A DNA stretch of 64,000 nucleotides from an uncultured delta proteobacterium (GCA_963745835.1 CAVUZH010000001.1:64001-128000), one strand, 5' to 3'; counted from the stretch's first letter, positions 43,501 to 53,669 are shown. Notes: generated by a model from the sequence alone, not told the origin. Numbers and translations: made by a program.

Positions 43501-43921
43501 GGCATCGAGCCGCTGGATTGCCGAGACCGAGACACACATAGAGTTCTTCGATCTCGATCCCATGGAAATCGTTTGGCATGGTCGTTACGTCAAGTACCTG
43601 GAGATGGTTCGCGGCGTCTTGCTCGATACCATCGATTACAATTACCGGCAGATGAAGGCATCGGGTTACGTCTGGCCGGTGATCGATATGCACCTGCGTT
43701 ACGTCGCTCCGGCGATCTTGGGCCAGCGAATTAAGCTCCGGGCGGAAATCCTCGAATGGGAAAATCGGCTTAAGATCGGTTACCTCATCACCGATGCGCA
43801 GAGCGGTCGCCGTCTCACCCGCGCCAGCACCACACAAGTCGCCGTCGATATCGCCACCCGCGAGATGTGCTTCGTATCGCCGCGGGTGCTTCTTGAACGA
43901 ATGGGAATTGCGGCTTGTTAA
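43493..43921 (+). CDS. Acyl-CoA/ACP thioesterase (ApeK-like)
   Basis: FFDLDPMEIVWHGRY. Confidence 0.9.
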   Translation: MNKASSRWIAETETHIEFFDLDPMEIVWHGRYVKYLEMVRGVLLDTIDYNYRQMKASGYVWPVIDMHLRYVAPAILGQRIKLRAEILEWENRLKIGYLITDAQSGRRLTRASTTQVAVDIATREMCFVSPRVLLERMGIAAC

Positions 43922-44520
43922 GAAAGAAGCTCATCGGGTTTTGTTTTGTTGTGTGCTCGCTGCCGCTTCTCGGCGCTGCGCCCTTGGCGACCATCGAGTC
44001 CATGCTTCTCAAACCGGCGGTCCTGTGCGGCCGCTTTGAGCAAAAAAAGCAGCTAGTCGGTTTGAAAAATCCGGTGAACTCTAGCGGTCGCTTCTGTGTG
44101 GTTGCCGATAAGGGCGTATTGTGGCGCACGCTACGGCCGTTTCCTAATACCTTGCGGTTGACCCCTGATGAGATCGTCCAGATGCGCGGAGATCAGGTGG
44201 CGCTGCGTCTTGAAGCCAAGAAAGAGCCTACCGTGCGGCTGATCAATACGGTTTTGTTTGCCTTGCTCGCCGGCGATATCGGGCAGCTTGAAAAGCTCTT
44301 CGAAATCGACGGCTCAGTTCAAAATAAGGCGTGGAGCATAACGCTCAAAGCGCTTGAACCGGGTTTGGCCAAGGCCATCAACAGCGTCGCGCTCAAAGGC
44401 GGCGTCTATGTCAGAGGCATTACAATCGATGAAGCTAACGGCGATCGCACGAGCATCGACTTGATGGCAATCGAGACCGGCGACAGCGCCATGAATGTTG
44501 ATGAGGCCAAGCTATTTTGA
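43915..44520 (+). CDS. LolA-like carrier protein (ApeL-like)
   Basis: Signal peptide, GRFEQKK, SSGRF, GVLW...PFP, EANGDRT. Confidence 0.85.
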   Translation: MLRKKLIGFCFVVCSLPLLGAAPLATIESMLLKPAVLCGRFEQKKQLVGLKNPVNSSGRFCVVADKGVLWRTLRPFPNTLRLTPDEIVQMRGDQVALRLEAKKEPTVRLINTVLFALLAGDIGQLEKLFEIDGSVQNKAWSITLKALEPGLAKAINSVALKGGVYVRGITIDEANGDRTSIDLMAIETGDSAMNVDEAKLF

Positions 44521-46901
44521 CTCAGCTAAAGCTGCTGGCATGGCTCTGGAGTCTGGTGGTCTGCTTGCTCGTGGTTCATACCTCGTATCTCTGGCTGAAC
44601 CAGGGGATTGCCCCGGAGACCGATATTTTGGCGCTTCTGCCGCTTCAACAACGCGATCCCGTACTGCAGCAAGCCTTTACTCAGATGGTTGATACGGGAC
44701 AGCAGCGGTTGATCGTCCTGATTGGCGCGGGTGATTGGATGCAAGCGCGAGATGCGGCTGACGCGTACGTCTCGGAGTTGTCGCCTCATAACGATCTGCT
44801 GCAGTTGGAGCAGCGCGCCACGTTTGATTCACGGCAAGAGTGGCTTGGATTGTTCCGACAACATCGGCTGGCCTTGCTGACACCCGAGCAAAAATCGGCA
44901 TTACGTGACGAGCCGACGCAGTTTTGGGTAGACCAGGCCTTGAGCAACCTCTATAGGCCGTTTGGCGGCTCGATCCTAAGTCCCTGGCACGATGATCCAT
45001 TTAATTTGTTTGGCGAATGGGCCCAGGCCCGCGCCCAAGAGACGACGGTGCGGCCACGTGACGGTCGGTTGTCTATCAGTGACGACCGGCGCGAATATGT
45101 CGTTCTGCCGTTCACGTTGCGAGTTGCTGCTTTTTCAACGGCCGCTCAGCAGGCGATCGTTCCGCTACTCCAAAAAGCCAAGCACAGCGCGCGCAAGGCC
45201 GTTCCCGGCGTTGAAGTTTTGTCGGCGGGTGTGATCCTGTATGCCGCCGCTGCGGCCGAGCAGTCAATGGGAGAAGTCGGCACCATCGGGTTTGGCTCGA
45301 TCCTCGGCATCATTGTGATGACCTGGATCGCATTTCGTTCGTTAAAGCCGATAGCCTGGGTGATTGTTTCGGTGGCTATCGGTTGCCTAGGCGCTTTATC
45401 GGTCTGCTGGGTGATTTTCGATCGCATCCACCTATTGACCCTGGTATTCGGCGCCAGTCTGATCGGTGGCGCCCAGGATTATGGAACCTATTTTCTATGC
45501 AACCGATTCGCCGCGGATGCGCGTCAACTTAACTCATGGCAATTACTGCGTCGGCTCATGCCGGCGCTGACTTTGGCTTTGGCAACGACGGTGATTGGCT
45601 ATCTCGGCCTTGCGTTGACGCCATTTCCGGGTTTGCGACAAGTGGCGGTATTTTCCGCAGTCGGGTTGGTTTTCGCATGGCTTACTGTGATCTGTTGGTT
45701 CCCGGCTTTGGTGTGGCGTGGCACATTTAACAGTGGACGGTTGACCGAAAAGTACGCTGACACGATGCAGCACTGGCCGGTGCTGCGTTGCGATCGAGGG
45801 ACGCTGGCGTTTGGTTTATTAGCGGTCGCTTTGGCGGCTTTCGGCTTATCACGGCTCCATACAGACGATGATATCCGTTCGCTGCAGAATCCGCCCAAAC
45901 ATCTGGTCGACGAGCAGATCAAGCTCAGCCAACTGCTGGACGTCCCCGCGCCGGCTCAATTCTATTTAGTTCGAGGGCCCACAGCCGAGGCGGTGCTTCA
46001 GCGCGAGGAAGTGCTAAGAGAACGGCTTGAGCCCATGATCGAAAAGCGCCTGATCAGCGGCTATCAGGCACTATCGAATTGGGTGCCTTCTTTGCACGTC
46101 CAGGGCGAGCACCGGCAACTTATTCAAAACAAACTTCTGAATGACGGCGGCGCGCTCAACCTGCTGGCAAGAAAACTCGGGGAAGACGACAAATGGGTGT
46201 CCCGGTCCCGTGAAGCCCTGCTTGCATCCGCTTTGCCTCTTTCACCCGAAAATTTTTTTAAATCGCCGATCGCTGAACCCAGCCGTCCCATCTGGCTCGG
46301 CAATCTGAACGGCATATACGCCAGCATCGTCGGGGTGCGGGGAGCGAAGAAAGATAACCTAGCGATTCTGCAGCAAGCCGCCAGCGGCCTCGAAGGAGTT
46401 CAGTGGGTGGACAAAGTCAGTGAAGTTTCGTCCGTCCTAGCGGCTTACCGCCAATACATGACTTGGCTCGTGGTATTTTCCTATCTTGCCGTTTACGGCT
46501 TGCTCTACCCGCGCTATCGCCGCGACACCTGGCGAGTAGTCGCCCCAACAGCAATCGCGAGTCTGGCTACCCTTGCGCTGCTGGGCAGTGTTGGCGCGGG
46601 TCTGCAGTTGTTCCATGTGCTCGCACTAATGCTCCTACTGGGCATTGGCATCGATTACGGGATTTTTTTGCAAGAGCATTTCGGCCGGCGCGATGCCATC
46701 GCCTGGCTCTCGGTGGCGCTTTCGGCAATCAACACATTGCTTTCATTCGGCCTGCTCAGTTTAAGCAAGACTCCTGCTTTGCAAGCTTTTGGCCTGACCA
46801 TGTTGATCGGAACAGTCACCGTGTGTCTGGTCGTCCCCTGTTTTACTGTTGCAGCAACAGATAATGAGATTCCAACCGAGCGGCTTGGGGTCACCGTATG
46901 A
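44517..46901 (+). CDS. MMPL/RND family exporter (ApeM-like)
   Basis: ETDILALLP, TLVFGASLIG, PFPGLRQ.A, GIGIDY, TLLSFGLL. Confidence 0.9.
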   Translation: MTQLKLLAWLWSLVVCLLVVHTSYLWLNQGIAPETDILALLPLQQRDPVLQQAFTQMVDTGQQRLIVLIGAGDWMQARDAADAYVSELSPHNDLLQLEQRATFDSRQEWLGLFRQHRLALLTPEQKSALRDEPTQFWVDQALSNLYRPFGGSILSPWHDDPFNLFGEWAQARAQETTVRPRDGRLSISDDRREYVVLPFTLRVAAFSTAAQQAIVPLLQKAKHSARKAVPGVEVLSAGVILYAAAAAEQSMGEVGTIGFGSILGIIVMTWIAFRSLKPIAWVIVSVAIGCLGALSVCWVIFDRIHLLTLVFGASLIGGAQDYGTYFLCNRFAADARQLNSWQLLRRLMPALTLALATTVIGYLGLALTPFPGLRQVAVFSAVGLVFAWLTVICWFPALVWRGTFNSGRLTEKYADTMQHWPVLRCDRGTLAFGLLAVALAAFGLSRLHTDDDIRSLQNPPKHLVDEQIKLSQLLDVPAPAQFYLVRGPTAEAVLQREEVLRERLEPMIEKRLISGYQALSNWVPSLHVQGEHRQLIQNKLLNDGGALNLLARKLGEDDKWVSRSREALLASALPLSPENFFKSPIAEPSRPIWLGNLNGIYASIVGVRGAKKDNLAILQQAASGLEGVQWVDKVSEVSSVLAAYRQYMTWLVVFSYLAVYGLLYPRYRRDTWRVVAPTAIASLATLALLGSVGAGLQLFHVLALMLLLGIGIDYGIFLQEHFGRRDAIAWLSVALSAINTLLSFGLLSLSKTPALQAFGLTMLIGTVTVCLVVPCFTVAATDNEIPTERLGVTV

Positions 46902-46926
46902 GAGTGGCTGGCTTACGGGAGAAACG

Positions 46927-48147
46927 TTGAAGAAGGTGGAAGTTGTCATCATCGGTGCCGGTCCGGCCGGATCCGTAGCGGCGGCGTTGCTGCGCCAGCA
47001 GGGCCGGCAAGTTCTAATGCTCGAGCGCGAGCAGTTCCCGCGCTTCAGCATCGGTGAGAGTTTACTGCCGCAGAGCATGGAGTACCTCGAGCAGGGCGGT
47101 ATGCTGCGTGCCGTAGTTGAGGCCGGTTTTCAGTTGAAGAACGGCGCCGCTTTCGCGCGCGACCGGCAATACAGCGAATTCGATTTCAGCGAGAAATACT
47201 CACCCGGCTGGAGCACTACCTATCAGGTGCCGCGAGCTCGCTTTGATCATTTGCTGGCTCTAGAGGCAGAGGCTCAGGGTGCCGAAGTAAGCTACCGCCA
47301 CGAAGTAGTCGCTATCGATGTCAGCGGCAACCGGCCTCGGGTGAAAGTTCAGGATCCAGAGGGCGAAGATTATCTTGTCGAAGCAAGTTTCATTCTGGAC
47401 GCCAGCGGTTTCGGGCGGATTCTACCGCGCCTGCTGAAACTAGAGACGCCGTCAAATTTTCCCGTGCGTGGCGCCATATTCACGCATATCGAAGACCGGA
47501 TCACACACTCAGAGTTTGACCGCAATAAGATACGGGTGATAGTTCACCCGCAACGTCCCGACGTGTGGTTTTGGTTGATCCCGTTTGCCGCCGGCCGCTG
47601 TTCTCTGGGGGTCGTGACTGAACCCGCTTTGCTCGAGCGTTATCCGGGAACGGATACGCAGCGATTGCAGGACTTGATCCGCGAAGACCGTACCTTGGCC
47701 AATCTGCTTGAAAATGCCTGTTGGGATACCCCGGCGCGACGCATCGTTGGTTATTCGGCCAACGTCAAATCGTTATCGGGTCCAGGTTACGCCCTGCTCG
47801 GTAATGCTGGAGAGTTTCTCGATCCGATTTTTTCGTCCGGGGTTACGATCGCTTTCAAATCGGCGAGCCTTGCCGCCGCAGTCCTGCAGCGTCGCTTCGC
47901 CGGCGAGACGGTCGACTGGTCTAGCGAATACGCTGTGCCGCTCAAAATAGGCGTCGATACCTTCCGGGCTTTTGTCGAATCTTGGTATCGCGGAGGCTTT
48001 CAGCGGATCGTTTTCCACGACAATCAACCCGTGGAAATTCGGCGCATGATATCGGCGATCCTCGCCGGATACGCTTGGGATGAAAGTAATCCTTACGTGC
48101 GCGAGCCGAGACGGCGATTGGCGGCATTGGAGGAGTTGTGCTCGTAG
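46927..48147 (+). CDS. FAD-dependent halogenase-like oxidoreductase
   Basis: GAGPAG, RFSIGESLLP, GFQLKNG, WFWLIP, GNAGEFLDPIFSSG. Confidence 0.85.
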   Translation: MKKVEVVIIGAGPAGSVAAALLRQQGRQVLMLEREQFPRFSIGESLLPQSMEYLEQGGMLRAVVEAGFQLKNGAAFARDRQYSEFDFSEKYSPGWSTTYQVPRARFDHLLALEAEAQGAEVSYRHEVVAIDVSGNRPRVKVQDPEGEDYLVEASFILDASGFGRILPRLLKLETPSNFPVRGAIFTHIEDRITHSEFDRNKIRVIVHPQRPDVWFWLIPFAAGRCSLGVVTEPALLERYPGTDTQRLQDLIREDRTLANLLENACWDTPARRIVGYSANVKSLSGPGYALLGNAGEFLDPIFSSGVTIAFKSASLAAAVLQRRFAGETVDWSSEYAVPLKIGVDTFRAFVESWYRGGFQRIVFHDNQPVEIRRMISAILAGYAWDESNPYVREPRRRLAALEELCS

Positions 48148-48701
48148 CGCTGCCGGTCCGATACGCCGCCGTATTCGGATCACTGACTTTGTTGCTAGCC
48201 GCATGTGTCGCGCCTGAGCCGAGGCCGGCGGGTGTGGGCCTGAAGTTGAGGCCGGCGGCGCTCGGGAAATCGATTAGCTTGCAGCAGCGTCTGGATGTAG
48301 AAGGGCAGGGCCGCAGCGCTCAGCTCGACGTCGCACTCGAAGTCGACGCTGCACGAATCGATTTGGTTGGCCTCGCGCTCGGCCAGAGAGTGTTGTCGCT
48401 TCATTACGATGGCAAGACCCTACAGTCATGGCGCCACCCGATGTGGCCAGTTCAACTGCGCGGCGATGAGGTGCTTGAAAACCTACAACTCACACTTTGG
48501 CCGGTTGATGCAATCCGGCAAGCCTTACCCGTCGGCTGGAGCATCGAAGAGCGCGATTTGCGCCGCACCATCCGACAAGATGGTTTAGCCATCATGATAA
48601 TTGATTACAGTGCGTTGCCGTTTTGGAGCGGCAAAGTCGAAGTAACCAACCTGCAGTTTGATTACCGGATAACCATCCAATCCGTTCCCAATGAGCCTTA
48701 G
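48138..48701 (+). CDS. DUF3261-like lipoprotein (ApeN-like)
   Basis: Lipobox LAAC; VL.NLQL.LWP; position immediately before the KS. Confidence 0.8.
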   Translation: MLVALPVRYAAVFGSLTLLLAACVAPEPRPAGVGLKLRPAALGKSISLQQRLDVEGQGRSAQLDVALEVDAARIDLVGLALGQRVLSLHYDGKTLQSWRHPMWPVQLRGDEVLENLQLTLWPVDAIRQALPVGWSIEERDLRRTIRQDGLAIMIIDYSALPFWSGKVEVTNLQFDYRITIQSVPNEP

Positions 48702-49886
48702 ATGATTTACCTCAATCAACTTGGAATCGTCTGCCCATTAGGGAATTCCGGTGAGCAGGTGAAACAACGGCTGCTGGATACAGGGCAAAGCGGGGTTTCG
48801 TTGTCTGAGGAGTATTCGCCTGGACGACCGCTTCCCCTGGGCCGCATCGATGCCGAGCTGCCGCTGCCCGCAGTCAGCTATTTGGACGTCATCGCAAGGA
48901 GCCGTAACAACCAAGTGGCACTGGCTGCATTGGCGCAGATCCGAACTGCGGTCGATAGCGCGATTGAGCACTATGGCAAAGGGCGTCTCGGGATCGTGAT
49001 CGGCACCAGTACTTCCGGAATCGCCGAGAGTGAAGCCGCGTTTCGTCACTTCACCAGGAGTGGAAGCCTGCCAGAGCAGTTCCACTATGGGCAGCAGGAA
49101 TTGAGCTCTCTGGCTACTCTGCTCGCAGACGAGCTTGGCGTTTGGGGGCCGGCATACGTCCATTCGAGTGCCTGCGCCTCAAGCGCCAAGGCCCTCGCCA
49201 GCGCCGCTCGTTTGCTGTGCGCGGGGGCTTGCGATGCGGTTTTAACCGGCGGCGTGGATACTCTATGCGGTTTTACGGTTGCCGGTTTCGCCGCCCTCGA
49301 ATCCGTCAGTGCGACACGGTGCAATCCGCTCAGTCATAATCGCAATGGCATCAATATCGGCGAAGGCGGCGCGCTATTCTTAATGAGCCGTGAGCCTGGA
49401 CCTGTCGCACTGCGCGGCTGGGGCGAATCGTCTGACGGCTATCATATGTCAGCTCCGGACCCCAGCGGCGCGGGGGCGCGTCTGGCCGTGGAGCGGGCTC
49501 TTTCACGCGCTGGAATTTCTGCTGAGACGATCGACTACGTAAACCTCCATGGTACTGGAACTGTGCAGAACGACGCCATGGAAGCGCGCCTCATCCACGC
49601 GCTATTCGGTGATGCGGTTGCGGTGAGCTCGACTAAACCATTGACCGGGCATGCGCTGGGGGCGGCTGGGGCCATCGAGGCTGGATTGTGTTGGTTGGCG
49701 ATGCAGGATGATAACCCTGCCGGCAGATTCCCGCCGCATCTCTGGGATGGCATACCCGATCCGACCCTGCCGGCGCTGAATGTGGCGGAACCAGGTAGCC
49801 ATCTTGGCCGACCCTTGGATTGGATATTGAGCAATTCGTTCGCTTTTGGGGGCGCCAATGCAACCCTCGTTTTCGGCAGGGGATGA
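48702..49886 (+). CDS. Beta-ketoacyl-ACP synthase (ApeO-like)
   Basis: GTSTSG, SSACASS, HGTGT, GHALGAAG, SNSFAFGG. Confidence 0.93.
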   Translation: MIYLNQLGIVCPLGNSGEQVKQRLLDTGQSGVSLSEEYSPGRPLPLGRIDAELPLPAVSYLDVIARSRNNQVALAALAQIRTAVDSAIEHYGKGRLGIVIGTSTSGIAESEAAFRHFTRSGSLPEQFHYGQQELSSLATLLADELGVWGPAYVHSSACASSAKALASAARLLCAGACDAVLTGGVDTLCGFTVAGFAALESVSATRCNPLSHNRNGINIGEGGALFLMSREPGPVALRGWGESSDGYHMSAPDPSGAGARLAVERALSRAGISAETIDYVNLHGTGTVQNDAMEARLIHALFGDAVAVSSTKPLTGHALGAAGAIEAGLCWLAMQDDNPAGRFPPHLWDGIPDPTLPALNVAEPGSHLGRPLDWILSNSFAFGGANATLVFGRG

Positions 49887-50010
49887 GATGACGTCGCCTG
49901 ACATCAGATTCTTCATTTGTGACGAGACTCTATGTGGTTTCCATTCACGGCAGTGAGATGTCTTAGCGGAGCAATGCGATAGTGTGGATCTTTTGATTTC
50001 GAAGGATGAG

Positions 50011-50466
50011 ATGAGTTGGCCGGATATTAGGTCTTTGATTCCGCACAGTGGCGCAATGGTGCTACTCGATCGGGTAATCGCGGCAGATGAAGAGAGCCTG
50101 TGCGCGGAGGTGCGTATCCGGCTTGATAGCTTGTTCTGCGCGGCGGACGGCGTCGGCGCATGGGTGGGTCTCGAATACATGGCCCAAACCATAGCTGCTT
50201 TCGCAGGATATACCGCTTACGCGCGCGGCGAAGCCGTCAAGCCCGGGTTTTTACTCGGAGCAAGACGCTATGAGTGTACCCTGGCGATGTTCAGTCCGGG
50301 CAGCTTGCTTAGAGTCCATGTCCGGCGCGTGTTGCAGAGCGACAATGGTTTAGGCTCTTTTCAGTGCCATATCGAGCATGAGGAACAAGAAGTCGCCACA
50401 GCCACGCTCACGGTATTTCAACCGGCCGATGCCGTTGATTTCATCAAAGGGAGCTCGAATGAATAA
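50011..50466 (+). CDS. Hotdog-fold 3-hydroxyacyl-ACP dehydratase (ApeP-like)
   Basis: LIPH...MVLLD, EYMAQT, GFLLG.R. Confidence 0.9.
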   Translation: MSWPDIRSLIPHSGAMVLLDRVIAADEESLCAEVRIRLDSLFCAADGVGAWVGLEYMAQTIAAFAGYTAYARGEAVKPGFLLGARRYECTLAMFSPGSLLRVHVRRVLQSDNGLGSFQCHIEHEEQEVATATLTVFQPADAVDFIKGSSNE

Positions 50467-51184
50467 AACCGTCCTGGTAACCGGCTCCAGCCGCGGCATC
50501 GGAAAAGCCATCGCTTATCGGCTCGCGCGGGATGGGTACGATATCGTGGCGCATTGCCGCGCGCGCCGCGAAGAGGCCGATGAATTAGGCCGATCCATTG
50601 TCGCACTCGGCCGGCAAGCTCGCGTCTTGCAGTTCGATATTGGCGATCGCGCCACCGCCGCAGCAACATTGGAAGAGGACGTTGAGCGGCATGGCTGTTA
50701 CTACGGTGTCGTATGTAACGCCGGCGTTGCTCGCGACAGTGTTTTTCCCGCCATGTCAGGAGACGATTGGGACGTTGTTCTCAGAACAAATCTCGACGGT
50801 TTTTATAATGTGCTCAATCCCTTGATCATGCCGCTGGTGCGCCGACGAGCGCCGGGGCGGATTGTCACTTTGGCGTCGGCGTCCGGGTTGATGGGCAATC
50901 GCGGTCAAGTGAATTACAGCGCAGCGAAGGCCGGCATCATTGGTGCGACTAAAGCGTTGGCGCTGGAGCTGGCAAAACGCGAGATCACTGTAAACTGCGT
51001 CGCTCCGGGACTGATCGAGACAGAAATGATCGATCATGCGCCTGTGGATGAAATACTCAAACTGATTCCTGCGGGTCGAACCGGCACTCCCGATGAGGTC
51101 GCGGCGGCAGTGAGTTTCCTGTTTACGGATGGGGCAGCGTACATCACTCGCCAAGTCATCTCGGTCAATGGCGGGCTCATATGA
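50459..51184 (+). CDS. 3-oxoacyl-ACP reductase (ApeQ/FabG-like)
   Basis: TGSSRGIG, NAG, YSAAK, VAPGLIET. Confidence 0.93.
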   Translation: MNKTVLVTGSSRGIGKAIAYRLARDGYDIVAHCRARREEADELGRSIVALGRQARVLQFDIGDRATAAATLEEDVERHGCYYGVVCNAGVARDSVFPAMSGDDWDVVLRTNLDGFYNVLNPLIMPLVRRRAPGRIVTLASASGLMGNRGQVNYSAAKAGIIGATKALALELAKREITVNCVAPGLIETEMIDHAPVDEILKLIPAGRTGTPDEVAAAVSFLFTDGAAYITRQVISVNGGLI

Positions 51185-52413
51185 GGCGACGGGTCGCGGT
51201 CACCGGCATGGCTGGCATCAGTCCCATCGGCAATCACTGGGCCGGCATTCGGGCGCGCTTGGCGAGCTATCGCAATGCCGTCATGCGCATGCCGGAGTGG
51301 TCCGACTATGATGGTCTGAATACGTTGCTGGGCGCGCCGGCGGCGCCGTTTGAGCTGTCGGAACGCTACACCAACAAGGCAACCCGCAGCATGGGGAGAG
51401 TAGCTTTGATGGCTACCCGCGCCAGCGAACTAGCTTTACTCGATGCCGGGCTGCTCGAATGACCCGCTTTTGAAAAGCGGTCACTTGGGCATCGCCTATG
51501 GCTCTTCGGCCGGCACCCCCAAAGCTATTTGCGATTTCGGCAAGATGATCGATGAAAAAAGTACCAAGGGCATCAATGCGACGACTTACATAAAAATGAT
51601 GGGGCATACCGCGCCGGTAAATCTCGGGGTTTTTCTGGGCATTACGGGCCGGATTGTCACAACCTCCAGCGCTTGTACCTCGGGTAGTCAAGGGATCGGG
51701 TACGCATATGAAACCATTCGCAGCGGGCGTCAGCGAGCAATGATTGCCGGCGGTGCCGAAGAACTGTGCGTCACCGAGGTAGCAGTTTTTGATACTCTAT
51801 TTGCCACCAGCGCGCGCAACGAAGCCGCCGAATCGACACCGCGCCCTTTCGATGCAGAGCGCGATGGCCTTGTCCTTGGCGAGGGCGCTGGCAGCTTGGT
51901 TTTGGAAAATCTCGAACATGCCCGCGCCCGGGGCGCTAAAATCTTTGCCGAAGTGGTCGGCTTCGGCACCAACAGCGATGGCAGTCACATCACCCAGCCA
52001 AATGCGACGCACTATGCAAATTGCGATGGAGTTGGCGCTGGCTGACGCCGGTATCCCGCCATCGTCTATCGGTTACGTCAACGCTCACGGGACCGCGACC
52101 GAACACGGCGATATCGCGGAATCGAAAGCTACGCGGCAAGTTTTCGGCGGCCAGGTGCCGATCAGTTCTCTTAAAAGCTACATGGGACATACGCTCGGAG
52201 CTTGCGGCGCTTTGGAATCATGGATCAGCATCGAGATGATGCGCGCAGCGTGGTTTGCGCCGACGATCAATCTTTCCCGGATCGATCCGCACTGTGCCGA
52301 TCTCGACTACATTGTCGGCGCGCGGCCGGCATCTCGAATGCGAATATGTCATGTCCAACAATTTCGCCTTCGGCGGTATTAATACTTCGTTGATCTTCAA
52401 GAGGTACGATTGA
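51181..52413 (+). CDS. Beta-ketoacyl-ACP synthase (ApeR-like); three +1 frameshifts near 51457, 52010 and 52323
   Basis: RVAVTGM, SSACTSG, HGTAT, GHTLGACG, SNNFAFGGINTSL across four frames; TGA at 52411-52413. Confidence 0.88.
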
Positions 52414-52497
52414 GGCGAAAGTGGCCGTCCGACGATACGTCCAGCAGAAGATCGGATTGAAACTTACATGAATGGATCAAAGTCGAAGGAGAACCGA

Positions 52498-52995
52498 ATG
52501 GCTAACGTAATGTCCATGGCAGTTTTGATTCTGTGTCTGGCGATCGCTTTACCCGCACATGGGCGCGACACGAGACATCTCCTGCCGATTGCGGTTGTGA
52601 TGGAGGTTAAAGACGCGCAGGACAAGCTTGATGGTTCGGTGAAGTTCTACTTCGGTGATCAACCGACGCCGCAGGTCTTAACGAATTTAGGCAGCGATGT
52701 ATCGAATCGCAAGACCAATGCTTTTGGCAAATCCGATGAGAAAGCCTGCAATTGGGCCTTCCTTTCAGCTATGGTGGCGCTCCAAACACGCGCGCAGCAA
52801 CTGGGCGCAAACGCGGTCATCAACATCGTTAGCTATTACAACAAAAAAGTAATGTCGAGCGCGACCGAGTTCGAGTGCTATGCGGGGGCAATCATTGCTG
52901 GCGTGGTGTTGAAAGGTGATTTCGTAAAACTTGCCGACTGGATGAGCGAAATAGCCGCTGCGCAACCGTCTGGTTGCTCGACATTCGACGGGTAA
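52498..52995 (+). CDS. Conserved exported APE-associated protein of unknown function (3' end uncertain)
   Basis: Signal peptide ..AHG|RDT, VKFYFG, KTNAFGKSD..AC.WAFLSA, GANAVINIVS, FEC.AG. Confidence 0.75.
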   Translation: MANVMSMAVLILCLAIALPAHGRDTRHLLPIAVVMEVKDAQDKLDGSVKFYFGDQPTPQVLTNLGSDVSNRKTNAFGKSDEKACNWAFLSAMVALQTRAQQLGANAVINIVSYYNKKVMSSATEFECYAGAIIAGVVLKGDFVKLADWMSEIAAAQPSGCSTFDG

Positions 52996-53645
52996 CTGAG
53001 TTTGCTGTCGCTGGTTTCGAGCAGCGACTCGCCGCGTCCGAGGCTCACCGATACGCCACATTTGCGCGGAAACAGCGTAAGCGGCAGTTCGTGGTTGGGC
53101 GAATGCTCCTTCGATTAGCGGTTTCCAAGATGATGAATGTGCCGGTTCACGACATCACAGTCATAGACCGGGTGGGATCCGCTCCAAAGCTTTTCTTTGC
53201 TGATGGACAATCCTCACCGCCAAATTTCAGCATCTCTCACAGCGGGAATTGGGTCGGCTGCGCGCTCAGCACCGACGTGATGTTGGGCTTCGATCTAGAA
53301 ATCAACCATCCCGATCGTGATATTGTCGCTCTTAGCCAAGCGGCATTTGAACCTGACGAGCAGCTTTGGCTAATGCAGCAACCAGATGCTGATCGGATTG
53401 CGGCATTCTATCGCTTATGGAGCACCCGTGAAGCTTTGTACAAGCTCATGTCCAGCCTGGGACGGGAGATGCCGTCGTCATCCTTAAAGCGCGCGCTGGA
53501 TCACGATGATTCACAAGGCTGGCACCACCGCGCAGTGGTGCATGATCGGCTCACTGCGGTTGTTTGCAGCGATAGATCGATATCCAGGTTACTGAAGGTT
53601 GTGCTTGCCGAACTCACTTCGGCAGAGTTGCTGGCTTGCGCCTAA
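52942..53645 (+). CDS. 4'-phosphopantetheinyl transferase (Sfp-like); probable frameshift near 52960
   Basis: FSISHSG, GFDLE, FYRLWSTREALYK. Confidence 0.85.
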
Positions 53646-53669
53646 GCGTCCGCTGCGAATCGCGGAAGT

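Larger units (their letters stand above)
35938..53645 (+). other. Aryl polyene (APE)-type biosynthetic gene cluster
   Basis: Co-directional CLF, acyltransferase, 2 ACP, membrane protein, AMP-ligase/DH, GT2, acyltransferase, ammonia-lyase, thioesterase, LolA, MMPL, FAD enzyme, DUF3261, KS, DH, KR, KS, exported protein, PPTase. Confidence 0.92.
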
